A stretch of DNA of 64,000 bases from Clostridia bacterium (GTDB taxonomy: Bacteria; Bacillota; Clostridia; UMGS1883; UMGS1540), in NCBI GenBank assembly GCA_045535515.1, contig JAZSLT010000016.1, positions 11,598-75,597 on the forward strand. Direction: 5' to 3'. Positions within the stretch are counted from its first letter, which is position 1. The number at the start of each line of letters is the position of its first letter. The position numbers were made by a program, and so were the translations under genes. Under the pieces are notes generated by a model that saw only the letters and a list, made by a program, of their open reading frames with translations, was not told the origin of the DNA and searched no databases. This document shows, one piece after another, positions 18,998-27,803 of the stretch.

Positions 18998-20893
18998 ATG
19001 ATAACAAGCACAGCGTATTACATCATAAGCGCCGTCCTCGTTTTAGGTGTTCTTCTGGGCATCAGCCGGATGAGCAAGGTAAAAAGCGCCAACAGCGGTA
19101 ACACCCTTTCGGCCGTTTGTACCCTCGTTGCCATTTTGGTTATCATGTATAACTGCGAAATCCTGACGGCGTGGCAGGCCTGGCTTGGGCTTGCAATCGG
19201 TGCGGTTCTCGGCATTATCGGCGCGGTCAAGGTTAAAATGATAGAGATGCCGCAGGCGGTGGCCCTTTTAAATGGTCTGGGCGGTCTTGCCAGCGCACTC
19301 GTGGCGATTTTAACCGTCCAGCAAACAGAAAACCGCTTTGAAATTTATGTAGGTGCGGTCGCTCTCGTTGTCGGCTTTGTTACCTTTACGGGAAGCGTTG
19401 TGGCAGCCGGAAAGCTGCATAAGCTTCTGCCGCAAAAGCCGGTTGTATGGAAGGCACATTCCCTGATTGTAGCCGTTACCATTGTGGCAACCGCTTTGGC
19501 CGTTATTTTCTGCCCCGAATGTATGTGGCTGATTTCCATTTTGTCCGCCTTCTTCGGCGTAGCCTTTGCCATTCGCGTCGGTGGTGCGGATATGCCCATC
19601 ACCATTTCTCTCTTAAATTCCCTAAGCGGTGTTGCCGGCGGTATTGCCGGTATTGCGGTGGGTGATGTTTTGCTTGTGGCGATTGGCGGCATAGTAGGCG
19701 CTTCGGGCCTTTTGCTTACGCAAATTATGTGCCGGGCCATGAACAGAAGCCTTATCAGTATTCTCGTTGGCGGCAAGGCCAAAAAGGCGGCGGCAAAAAT
19801 AGAGAAGGCCGCGGCGCCGGATAAAAAGGAAGAGCCGAAAAAGGAAGAAAAACTAAACGCGGGCGATATTTTAAATGCCGCGAAAAAGGTTATTATCGTA
19901 CCCGGTTATGGCATGGCACTCGGGCAGGCGCAGAGCATTGTTAAGACCTTTGCGGATAAGCTCGAGGCAAACGGCGCCGAGGTAAAATATGCCATCCATC
20001 CTGTCGCCGGCAGAATGCCCGGCCACATGAATGTACTTCTTTGTGAAGTGGATGTGCCGTACGATAAGCTTTACGAAATGGAAACGATTGACGGCGAGTT
20101 TAAGGAATGTGATGTAGCCGTTATCATCGGCGCAAACGATGTAGTAAACCCTGCGGCCAACACTGCAGAGGGCACACCGATTTATGGTATGCCGGTACTC
20201 TCTGCCGCCGATGCGAGACATGTCATTGTATGTAATTTTGACGCAAGTCCCGGCTACGCCGGCGTGCCGAACCCCTTGTATGAGGCGGAAAATACGATTA
20301 TGATGCTCGGTGATGCGAAGGAAACGGTCTCCGGTCTTATCGCAACCATCGGCAAAAGTGCGCCGAATGGCGAGGCGGCACCTGCAAAGAGCGTAAACGC
20401 AGGCGACATCCTGAAAAATGCCAAAAAGGTTATTATCGTACCCGGTTATGGTATGGCACTCGGGCAGGCGCAGAGCATTGTCAAGACCTTTGCGGATAAG
20501 CTGGAGGCAAATGGCGCCGAGGTAAAATATGCCATCCATCCTGTCGCCGGCAGAATGCCCGGCCACATGAATGTACTTCTTTGTGAGGTGGATGTGCCGT
20601 ACGATAAGCTTTACGAAATGGAAGCGATTGACGATGAGTTTAAGGAATGTGATGTAGCCGTTATCATCGGCGCAAACGATGTAGTAAACCCTGCGGCCAA
20701 CACCGCAGAGGGCACACCGATTTATGGTATGCCGGTGCTCTCTGCCGCCGATGCGAGACATGTCATTGTATGTAATTTTGACGCAAGTCCCGGCTACGCC
20801 GGCGTGCCGAACCCCTTGTATGAGGCGGAAAATACAATTATGATGCTCGGTGATGCGAAGGAAACGATAGCAGAGCTAATGTCCGCATTTTAG
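18998..20893 (+). CDS. pntB: NAD(P) transhydrogenase subunit beta with tandemly duplicated dIII (NADP-binding) domain
   Basis: 631 aa versus about 460 expected. TM domain followed by two near-identical copies of the roughly 180 aa dIII domain (VIIVPGYGMALGQAQ...GANDVVNPAA...). Confidence 0.9.
   Translation: MITSTAYYIISAVLVLGVLLGISRMSKVKSANSGNTLSAVCTLVAILVIMYNCEILTAWQAWLGLAIGAVLGIIGAVKVKMIEMPQAVALLNGLGGLASALVAILTVQQTENRFEIYVGAVALVVGFVTFTGSVVAAGKLHKLLPQKPVVWKAHSLIVAVTIVATALAVIFCPECMWLISILSAFFGVAFAIRVGGADMPITISLLNSLSGVAGGIAGIAVGDVLLVAIGGIVGASGLLLTQIMCRAMNRSLISILVGGKAKKAAAKIEKAAAPDKKEEPKKEEKLNAGDILNAAKKVIIVPGYGMALGQAQSIVKTFADKLEANGAEVKYAIHPVAGRMPGHMNVLLCEVDVPYDKLYEMETIDGEFKECDVAVIIGANDVVNPAANTAEGTPIYGMPVLSAADARHVIVCNFDASPGYAGVPNPLYEAENTIMMLGDAKETVSGLIATIGKSAPNGEAAPAKSVNAGDILKNAKKVIIVPGYGMALGQAQSIVKTFADKLEANGAEVKYAIHPVAGRMPGHMNVLLCEVDVPYDKLYEMEAIDDEFKECDVAVIIGANDVVNPAANTAEGTPIYGMPVLSAADARHVIVCNFDASPGYAGVPNPLYEAENTIMMLGDAKETIAELMSAF
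19884..20866 (+). repeat. 540-bp-period in-frame tandem duplication inside pntB (units 19884-20326 and 20424-20866, about 98% identical)
   Basis: Direct nucleotide comparison: about 9 substitutions over 443 bp, most of them synonymous; only 2 amino-acid differences (T to A, G to D). Confidence 0.85.
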
Positions 20894-20907
20894 TCGCAGA
20901 ATAAAAC

Positions 20908-20946
20908 AAAGAGCCGCGTGTTCACCCGAACATACGGCTCTTTTCC
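20908..20946 (+). terminator. intrinsic terminator after pntB
   Basis: Hairpin AGAGCCG...CGGCTCT followed by a T-run. Confidence 0.6.
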
Positions 20947-20964
20947 TTGCTTTGTAAAATACAC

Positions 20965-20993
20965 TTGAAAAAATACACATATTGCGGTATAAT
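20965..20993 (+). promoter_or_regulatory. sigma-A promoter reading into hairpin-array element A
   Basis: TTGAAA (20965-70), 17 nt, TATAAT (20988-93). Confidence 0.55.
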
Positions 20994-21010
20994 GATTACA
21001 AGCACTGCCC

Positions 21011-21160
21011 AAAATCGTCGATATGAATCCTTGCCAGAATTCTCGATATGTCGCTAATGCGACGAGAATTCATATCATATCGAGTTCGACCAAAGGAAAA
21101 ACATATCGATTTTGCGACAGCAAAAATATTGAGCAAACGAAGGGTGCATATCGACATAGT
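21011..21160 (+). repeat. hairpin-array element copy A (TCGATATG/CATATCGA motifs interleaved with short hairpins); candidate structured RNA or 5' leader
   Basis: Two forward TCGATATG units (21018, 21043), each followed by a short stem-loop, then three reverse CATATCGA-type units. Same architecture as the elements at 33.4-33.8 kb and 36.5 kb. Confidence 0.6.
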
Positions 21161-21227
21161 TTTTATTCCGGTCTTGACACGAGCTTTGTTGATAAATAAC
21201 AAGATATTTTGAATGTGAGGAAGGAAA

Positions 21228-23594
21228 ATGAAAAAAAGAGTTTTAGGCTTGTTTTTAGGCATCGTTATAATCATGTCGATTTCAACCATTTTTCCGGTTT
21301 GCGCGTTGGAAGAAGCAAGCGGAACTTGTGGTGATAATGTTACATGGACTCTAAATGACGCCGGAAGACTTGTTATACGAGGGGAAGGTGATATGACCAG
21401 CGCGCCATGGCTAACGGAATACAAGAGTGATATTACGGAAATCAAAATAAGAGATGGCGTGACATCCATTTCTCAGAATGCGTTTAATGGATGTATCAAT
21501 CTGGTGGATGTTGATATTGCTGATACTGTTACAACAATTGGAGGAAATGCATTTTATAAATGTGAAAGCCTGACATCTGTGTATTTACCCGAAAGCGTTT
21601 CGACTGTAGGAGGATGTGCGTTTGGATATTGCACAAACTTAGAGGAAATAAACTTTCCGGATGGTGTAACTGTTATTAGGGACAGCATGTTTTTCCGATG
21701 TGTTAATCTAAAAGAAGTGACGCTTCCGGATACAATTATAGACATCGAACGACTTGCCTTTTATGCCTGTGAGAGTCTGGAGGAACTTCAATTACCAGAA
21801 GGGCTGGAAACAATCGGGAGGGAGGCTTTTGCTTTTACCACACTTGGCGATTTGGTTATTCCTGAAAGTGTTAAAAGCATTACCTACCCAGCCTTTGATT
21901 ATAATAGTTATATCTGCCTGAATGTATATGCCGGAAGTTACGCCTTAGAATATGCGCAACAATATAACAAACCGTATGTGATTATAGAGAGGGAAAAAAC
22001 GCCTGCTGAAAAACTTTGCGACATAATCAATGCACAGACCGCAAATTCTTGCGAAGTTAATGCCAAATCACAAACAGTAACCCTTTTATCCGATGTGCAA
22101 CTGTCAGAAACGATTGCAATACCAACCGGCGGGAGCATCATATTGCAAATTGGCGACTTCAGCATTTTAGGGGCAAACGACCTCGATGCTATCCATGTCC
22201 CGACGGATGCCCTCATAAATATTTATGGTTCGGGAATAATTAAGGGCGGAAATGTTACGGAAAGTGGTTATTATGGCGGTAACGGAATTTCCAGTTCGGG
22301 GGAGCTACTTATAAGCGGTCCAACCCTTATTGGCGGCGATGCCCTTGCGGAATATGGATATGCAGGAGCCGGCGTTGAAACATGTGGCGCGGCGCCAACT
22401 TATTTTACAGAAGGTATAATTCAAGCAGGCGAAGGTTGTTATCAAAAAAGGGTGATGTTTGAAAGACTGAATCTTACGGTTGTTAAAGAAAGTGATGATG
22501 GCATAAATTACACGGTTGCTGCAAATTCGTTTTCTAACAATAAAAAATACTTAAAAGCAATTAAAATTTCAAACAATTTATCAGCAGCATCCAAACTTTC
22601 TGCTTTATTAAATGAAATACAAGCGGACACTTGTAGCATTGTCGGGGATGTAATAACATTAAACAAGGATTTTTCTTGCCCTTACGAAATCTATATACCA
22701 ATAGGCGATGCAATCATACTTGATTTTAATGGACATACTGTTACAACATATGATTTCTTTATTCCGTTCATAATACCTGCGCAGGCAGAGATTACTCTTA
22801 AAGGAACAGGTGTGCTTACCAATAAAGAACAAGAGTCCGGGGCGACATCCGGGATGGGCGGAAATGCCGCAGTACTTCCTAACGAAGGACAACTTACCAT
22901 CGATGGAATTACTGTCCGGGGGGCTGGACTATGCGGAATCAATAATTCCGGAGAATTGACAGTAAGTAGCGGAAAAATAATCGGAAGCGATAGTGCGAGC
23001 GGGAGAGAGGCTATATTTAATAGCGGAACGATATGGATATCCGGCGGGGAGATTATAGGTGGTAATGCTACCCGCGACGGCGGAGATGGCGGAGACGGGA
23101 TAGTCGGGCGTGCGTCAGTATCGCCGGACGGCATATATCCTATTAAACTGCATGGTGGTATATTGTGCGGCGGTAAAGGCTTGGGCGATGGTGAAAACGG
23201 AAGCGCAATCAGCACAAGATTTAATGTGGGTGAGGATTGCATCGCATACGAAAGTGATGATGGCGTAAATTATTCTGTATTAGAGGGTACAAGTTGTAGT
23301 GCGCGTTATCTCCAAATTGCAAACAAAAGCGGCAATGCTATATTTACAAGTAATATAGCATATGATGGCACAAATTGGTCATGTAACCTGCATTTGCATA
23401 GTGACGATGCCATAAGCGGTATTGTCTATGCGGCAGTTTATGAAGATAAACAGTTAAAAAAATTAACCCCATTTTCTGCGACAACACAAATTCCCGTCAG
23501 CCTTGCATGCGAAGAAGAACAAACGATTAGAATCTTCTGGTGGGATTCAAATTTAGAACCCAAAAGTCGAACGGTAGAGATAGAAGTGCAATAA
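21228..23594 (+). CDS. secreted cell-surface protein with BspA-type leucine-rich repeats and Gly-rich beta-helix-like repeats
   Basis: Signal peptide. Repeated units such as IPESVKSIGxxAF and VTSISQNAFNGC are typical of the LRR_5/BspA class. Downstream GG(N/D)G-rich repeats. Gene is AT-richer than its flanks. Confidence 0.65.
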   Translation: MKKRVLGLFLGIVIIMSISTIFPVCALEEASGTCGDNVTWTLNDAGRLVIRGEGDMTSAPWLTEYKSDITEIKIRDGVTSISQNAFNGCINLVDVDIADTVTTIGGNAFYKCESLTSVYLPESVSTVGGCAFGYCTNLEEINFPDGVTVIRDSMFFRCVNLKEVTLPDTIIDIERLAFYACESLEELQLPEGLETIGREAFAFTTLGDLVIPESVKSITYPAFDYNSYICLNVYAGSYALEYAQQYNKPYVIIEREKTPAEKLCDIINAQTANSCEVNAKSQTVTLLSDVQLSETIAIPTGGSIILQIGDFSILGANDLDAIHVPTDALINIYGSGIIKGGNVTESGYYGGNGISSSGELLISGPTLIGGDALAEYGYAGAGVETCGAAPTYFTEGIIQAGEGCYQKRVMFERLNLTVVKESDDGINYTVAANSFSNNKKYLKAIKISNNLSAASKLSALLNEIQADTCSIVGDVITLNKDFSCPYEIYIPIGDAIILDFNGHTVTTYDFFIPFIIPAQAEITLKGTGVLTNKEQESGATSGMGGNAAVLPNEGQLTIDGITVRGAGLCGINNSGELTVSSGKIIGSDSASGREAIFNSGTIWISGGEIIGGNATRDGGDGGDGIVGRASVSPDGIYPIKLHGGILCGGKGLGDGENGSAISTRFNVGEDCIAYESDDGVNYSVLEGTSCSARYLQIANKSGNAIFTSNIAYDGTNWSCNLHLHSDDAISGIVYAAVYEDKQLKKLTPFSATTQIPVSLACEEEQTIRIFWWDSNLEPKSRTVEIEVQ

Positions 23595-23718
23595 TCTTTT
23601 GTGTGACAAAACGCGAGAGATTTTACGCATGTCAAGTCTATAAATTTAAAGGAACAGCCTACCAATTTTAAATTTTTACATACACTGGCAAAACAGAAAC
23701 CAGCTGGGAGGACGAAAA

Positions 23719-24276
23719 ATGCGCGTAATTGCAGGAACGGCCCGAAGCGTCCGGCTTTCGAGCCTTCAAGGGGAGGACACGAGGCCGACGACGGACAGGG
23801 TGAAGGAATCGGTTTTTAATATGGTTATGCCTTATATTGCAGATGGCGAGGTGCTGGACCTGTTTGCCGGAAGCGGCGCGCTGGGAATAGAGGCGTTATC
23901 CCGCGGGGCAAAGAGCTGTACCTTTGTGGAAAATAACAGGCCGGCGGCCGAAGTAATCCGGCAGAATCTCGCGCATACAAAGCTTGCGGATGCAGCGAAG
24001 CTTTCCGAAAGAGATGCCCTCTCATTCTTAGAAGAAACAGAGGAGGATTACTCGCTTATTTTTCTCGACCCGCCGTATGACGGCGGCTGGTATACGCCTG
24101 TTTTATCGCTTATCAGGCGGCGGGGGCTTTTGCGACCGGACGGTGTTCTCGTTTTAGAAAAGCGTGCCGGCGCCCCCCTTTCGCTGCCGGAAGGCTGGGC
24201 GCTTATAAAAGAAAGAAAATACGGCAATATAGAAGTGTGGATTTTGACGACAAAAGGAGAGGAAGAGCATGATTAA
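23719..24276 (+). CDS. rsmD: 16S rRNA (guanine966-N2)-methyltransferase
   Basis: 185 aa; LDLFAGSGALGIEALSRGA SAM-binding motif and DPPY motif. Confidence 0.85.
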   Translation: MRVIAGTARSVRLSSLQGEDTRPTTDRVKESVFNMVMPYIADGEVLDLFAGSGALGIEALSRGAKSCTFVENNRPAAEVIRQNLAHTKLADAAKLSERDALSFLEETEEDYSLIFLDPPYDGGWYTPVLSLIRRRGLLRPDGVLVLEKRAGAPLSLPEGWALIKERKYGNIEVWILTTKGEEEHD

Positions 24277-25234
24277 AACAATCGGGGTACTGACAAGCGG
24301 TGGTGACGCACCGGGTATGAATGCGGCCATTCGTGCCGTTGTTCGTACAGGCTGTGCAAACGGCCTTCGCGTCATGGGTATTCAAAGGGGATATCAGGGA
24401 CTGATTGACGGGGAAATTCAGGAGCTTCATCCGAGAAGCGTGTCCGACATTCTGCAAAGAGGCGGAACCTTTTTGCAAACGGCGCGCTGTGCGGCCTTTA
24501 AAGAAGAGGCAGGCATTGTCCGCGCGATTGAGGTCGCCAAGGTGTTCGGCATAGATGCCGTCGTGGTCATCGGCGGTGACGGCTCTTTCCGCGGTGCGCG
24601 GGATTTAAGCCGCCATGGACTTACGGCGGTTGGTATTCCCGGCACCATTGACAACGATATTGACTGTACGGAATACACCATCGGCTATGATACGGCGATG
24701 AATACGGCCATGGAGGCTATCGACAAAATCCGCGACACCATTTCCAGCCATCAGCGGTGCAGTATCGTAGAGGTTATGGGCCGCGGCGCGGGGCATATCG
24801 CGCTCAGCCTTTCTATTGCAAACGGCGCGGAGGCGGTCATCGTGCCGGAAAAGAATTTTTCTGTAGACGAGGACATCATAAAACCGATTTTCGCCTGCCG
24901 CAACCGCGGTAAAAAGCATTATATCATCATTTTAGCCGAGGGCGTGGGGAAGGCCGAGGAGATTAAGGCCGAAATACACCAGAAAACCGGCATTGACGCG
25001 CGTATCAGCGTTTTGGGATACATCCAGCGCGGCGGCAGCCCCACCGCGCGGGACAGAATAGAGGCCAGCCGCATGGGGGCGCACGCGGTAGATGTTCTTT
25101 TGAAAGGGTGCGACAGCCGCATTGTCGTTATGAAAAACGGTCTTGTTACCGATATTCCCATAGAAGAGGCGCTGGACATGAAAAAGACTATCAGCAGCAC
25201 GGATTTGGCGCTCACCAGAATTCTCTCTACCTGA
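24269..25234 (+). CDS. pfkA: ATP-dependent 6-phosphofructokinase
   Basis: IGVLTSGGDAPGMNAAIRAVVR N-term, GGDGS and MGR motifs. Confidence 0.9.
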   Translation: MIKTIGVLTSGGDAPGMNAAIRAVVRTGCANGLRVMGIQRGYQGLIDGEIQELHPRSVSDILQRGGTFLQTARCAAFKEEAGIVRAIEVAKVFGIDAVVVIGGDGSFRGARDLSRHGLTAVGIPGTIDNDIDCTEYTIGYDTAMNTAMEAIDKIRDTISSHQRCSIVEVMGRGAGHIALSLSIANGAEAVIVPEKNFSVDEDIIKPIFACRNRGKKHYIIILAEGVGKAEEIKAEIHQKTGIDARISVLGYIQRGGSPTARDRIEASRMGAHAVDVLLKGCDSRIVVMKNGLVTDIPIEEALDMKKTISSTDLALTRILST

Positions 25235-25355
25235 TTTGACAAAGAAAGTCAGAAAACTTATCGTTAAAGTGACATATTTTGCACCTCTTTTCCTGTATAC
25301 TGGTAAGGACAGGGAAAGAGGTGCCTTTCTTTTTCCCCGAAAAGGAGGTGCGTGC

Positions 25356-26258
25356 ATGACCATTTACGCCGATGTTCTCCTGGGAACAAACTTCCTCATA
25401 AACCTTCTGGTTTTATACCTGACCGCGAAAATCGGGCGCGTATCGCCGCCTCCCTGGCGTCTTGTCCTTGGGGCGGCCTGTGGAGCCTTGTATGCGGTTT
25501 TGCTCTTTTTTCCGCGCCTTTCCTTCGGATACTCGGCCCTGGCAAAATTTCTGTTTTCGCTCTTTTTGGTGGCGCTCACTTTTCATATCCGCGGCGTGCG
25601 GCTGTACCTGAAAATCGTGGGGGCCTTTTATCTCGTAACCTTTTGCCTTGGCGGAACGGTGATGGCGCTCTTTTATTTTACGGGCGTGGGGCAGGGACTT
25701 GGCGCCGTCGTAAAAAACGGGATTTTATATTTCAATCTGCCGTGGCGCGTTTTGTTTTTGACGGTGCTGGCCGCCTACTGTATTCTCCACATTGTCTGGG
25801 GTGTTTTGCGGCACCGTCTTTCCAAAACTGCCATGCAGCGGAAAATCGGTATTGTGTGGAACGGCCGCGAGGTCTGGATAGATGCCTTGCTTGACACAGG
25901 CAACTCGCTTTGTGAGCCGTTTTCGGGCGCGCCTGTAATTGTGGCGGAATACGAGCGGCTGCTGCCGATTTTGCCGCCCCAGCTGCAAAAGGCCTATCAG
26001 AATGGGGGAGAGCCGCGTGTGGCCGATATCACCGATGAAAGCACGAGAGGGCGCATCCGCATTATTCCCTTTTCCTCTTTGGGGAAGGAGCACGGCATTT
26101 TAGTAGGCTTTCTGCCGGACCGCGCGCATCTATTGGAGAACGAGAAGATACGCGATGCCGGAGCGGTTGTGGTGGCCATTTACACACGAAGGCTTGCGCG
26201 TGACCATAGCTACGGCGCGCTTTTGCCGCCACAGCTTGCCACAAACGAATTTATATAA
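25356..26258 (+). CDS. spoIIGA: sigma-E processing peptidase SpoIIGA
   Basis: Polytopic N-term and aspartic protease motif IDALLDTGNSLCEPFSGAPVIV (compare B. subtilis LIDSGNQLYDPLTKTPVMII). ATG at 25356 follows AAAGGAGG. Directly upstream of sigE. Confidence 0.8.
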   Translation: MTIYADVLLGTNFLINLLVLYLTAKIGRVSPPPWRLVLGAACGALYAVLLFFPRLSFGYSALAKFLFSLFLVALTFHIRGVRLYLKIVGAFYLVTFCLGGTVMALFYFTGVGQGLGAVVKNGILYFNLPWRVLFLTVLAAYCILHIVWGVLRHRLSKTAMQRKIGIVWNGREVWIDALLDTGNSLCEPFSGAPVIVAEYERLLPILPPQLQKAYQNGGEPRVADITDESTRGRIRIIPFSSLGKEHGILVGFLPDRAHLLENEKIRDAGAVVVAIYTRRLARDHSYGALLPPQLATNEFI

Positions 26259-26273
26259 AGAAAGGGAAAAGTT

Positions 26274-26972
26274 ATGAAATGGCAGGAGCTTTTGCGCGCG
26301 ATTTTCTCGCGCCTTTGCGCAAGAGAAGTGCACTACATAGGCGGAACCGAAATACTCCCGAAGGCCCTTTCGCACGAGGAGGAAGCCGAGCTTATCGCGC
26401 TTTTGCCCATGGAGGGGGAGGAGGCAAGGAGGAAGCTAATAGAGCATAATCTCCGGCTGGTGGTATATATCGCGCGGAAGTTTGAAAATACGGCGGTGGG
26501 GGCCGAGGATTTAATTTCTATCGGCACGATAGGGCTTATCAAAGCCATCAACACCTTTCAGCCGGAAAAGAATATAAAGCTTGCCACCTATGCCTCGCGC
26601 TGTATTGAAAATGAAATCCTGATGCAGCTCCGAAAAAACGCCTCCCGCCGCACCGAGGTTTCGATTGATGAGCCGCTGAATGTGGACTGGGACGGCAACG
26701 AGCTTTTGCTCTCGGATATTTTAGGTACCGACAGCGATTTGGTGCATCGGCATCTGGAGGACGAAACGGAGCGGGAAATGCTGACAAAAGCGCTTTCCCA
26801 CCTTTCCGAACGGGAACGGACGATTATGCACCTTCGTTTCGGCCTTGGCGGCTGTCAGGAGAAAACGCAAAAAGAGGTGGCCGATATGCTGGGGATTAGT
26901 CAGTCTTATATTTCGCGCCCCGAAAAGCGCATTATTGCGAGACTACGCAAGGAGTTTTCCGCTATGGGGTAA
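26274..26972 (+). CDS. sigE: RNA polymerase sporulation sigma factor SigE (pro-sigma-E)
   Basis: 232 aa; pro-sequence followed by YIGGTEILP, sigma-70 regions 2 and 4. Confidence 0.9.
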   Translation: MKWQELLRAIFSRLCAREVHYIGGTEILPKALSHEEEAELIALLPMEGEEARRKLIEHNLRLVVYIARKFENTAVGAEDLISIGTIGLIKAINTFQPEKNIKLATYASRCIENEILMQLRKNASRRTEVSIDEPLNVDWDGNELLLSDILGTDSDLVHRHLEDETEREMLTKALSHLSERERTIMHLRFGLGGCQEKTQKEVADMLGISQSYISRPEKRIIARLRKEFSAMG

Positions 26973-26978
26973 GAAAAA

Positions 26979-27015
26979 AGCCTTTGTCCGACCGGACAAA
27001 GGCCTTTATATTTTC
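26979..27015. terminator. bidirectional intrinsic terminator between sigE and cdd
   Basis: GCCTTTGTCCG...CGGACAAAGGC perfect stem flanked by an A-run and a T-run. Confidence 0.7.
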
Positions 27016-27018
27016 GTT

Positions 27019-27360
27019 TTACAGCCGGAAGGCATCCGGCAAAAGAGCGGACAGGCGCGTCACCCCTCGGGGCGTGACGACATCCATATCCCCGAACTCC
27101 GAAAGCACCTGCCGGCAAGTACCGCAAGGGGTATGCGTGACGGCGATGGCGCGAAAGACGCGTGCGCCCGCGGCTACTGCCGAAAAAAGTGCAACGCGCT
27201 CGGCACAAACGGTAGCGCCATAGGCGGCATTTTCAATATTACAGCCGGTGAAAATGCGGCCGTCCTCCGCCAAAAGGGCGGCACCCACAGGGAAGTGGGA
27301 GTAGGGCGCATACGCATTTTGGGCGGCTTTTTCGGCCATTTCCATAAGGCTTTTATACAT
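27019..27360 (-). CDS. cdd: cytidine deaminase
   Basis: CAERVAL and PCGTCRQ zinc-binding motifs. ATG at 27358-27360 lies 6 nt after GGAGGG. Confidence 0.9.
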   Translation of the reverse strand: MYKSLMEMAEKAAQNAYAPYSHFPVGAALLAEDGRIFTGCNIENAAYGATVCAERVALFSAVAAGARVFRAIAVTHTPCGTCRQVLSEFGDMDVVTPRGVTRLSALLPDAFRL

Positions 27361-27802
27361 CTGTTTCCCTCCAAAGGCCAAGTGCTGACAAAATTTTCTC
27401 CTCCATCGCGCGCATTTTCAGGCGGTCTTCCTCTTCTATATGGTCGTAGCCGTACAGGTGCAGCATAGAGTGAACGGTTAAAAAGCCGATTTCGCGCGCA
27501 GGACTATGCCCGTATTCTTCGGCCTGCTCGTACGCTTTTTCAAGGGAAAGCACAATATCGCCGAGAATACGCTCCTCGTCCTCCATGGGGAAGGACAAAA
27601 CATCCGTTGCCTTGTCAATCCCGCGCCACGCGGCGTTTAATTCCCTTATGGCGGCGTTATCGCACACTAAAACGGAAACGGCTTTCCGACCGCCCTGCCC
27701 CAGCATACGAAAGGCCATGCGGATGCTCTTTTTTATGGTGCGGCGTACCCGAAAGGTCAGGGGATACGCCGTCTGTTCATTTTTCAGCCAGATGGTCAGC
27801 AT
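27353..27802 (-). CDS. ybeY: rRNA maturation RNase YbeY
   Basis: HSMLHLYGYDH zinc motif; start at MLTIWLKNE (149 aa). Confidence 0.85.
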   Translation of the reverse strand: MLTIWLKNEQTAYPLTFRVRRTIKKSIRMAFRMLGQGGRKAVSVLVCDNAAIRELNAAWRGIDKATDVLSFPMEDEERILGDIVLSLEKAYEQAEEYGHSPAREIGFLTVHSMLHLYGYDHIEEEDRLKMRAMEEKILSALGLWRETDV

Positions 27803-27803
27803 A

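Noticed and set aside
19871-20761. 296 aa minus-strand ORF with internal repetition
   Set aside because: It lies inside pntB and is antisense to it. Its repetitiveness simply mirrors the pntB tandem duplication.
20894-21227. Chromosomal replication origin
   Set aside because: There are no DnaA boxes (TTATCCACA) and no dnaA or dnaN nearby. The repeated motif is unrelated to DnaA boxes.
22691-23242. 183 aa minus-strand ORF rich in Pro/Ser/Ile
   Set aside because: Antisense to the Gly/Asn-rich repeat region of the LRR protein; an artefact of repeat complementarity.
25236-25355. N-terminal 40 aa extension of spoIIGA in the ORF track (MTKKVRKL...)
   Set aside because: It has no SD and overlaps the pfkA stop and promoter region. 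The internal ATG at 25356 has a perfect AAAGGAGG SD and yields a SpoIIGA of canonical length.
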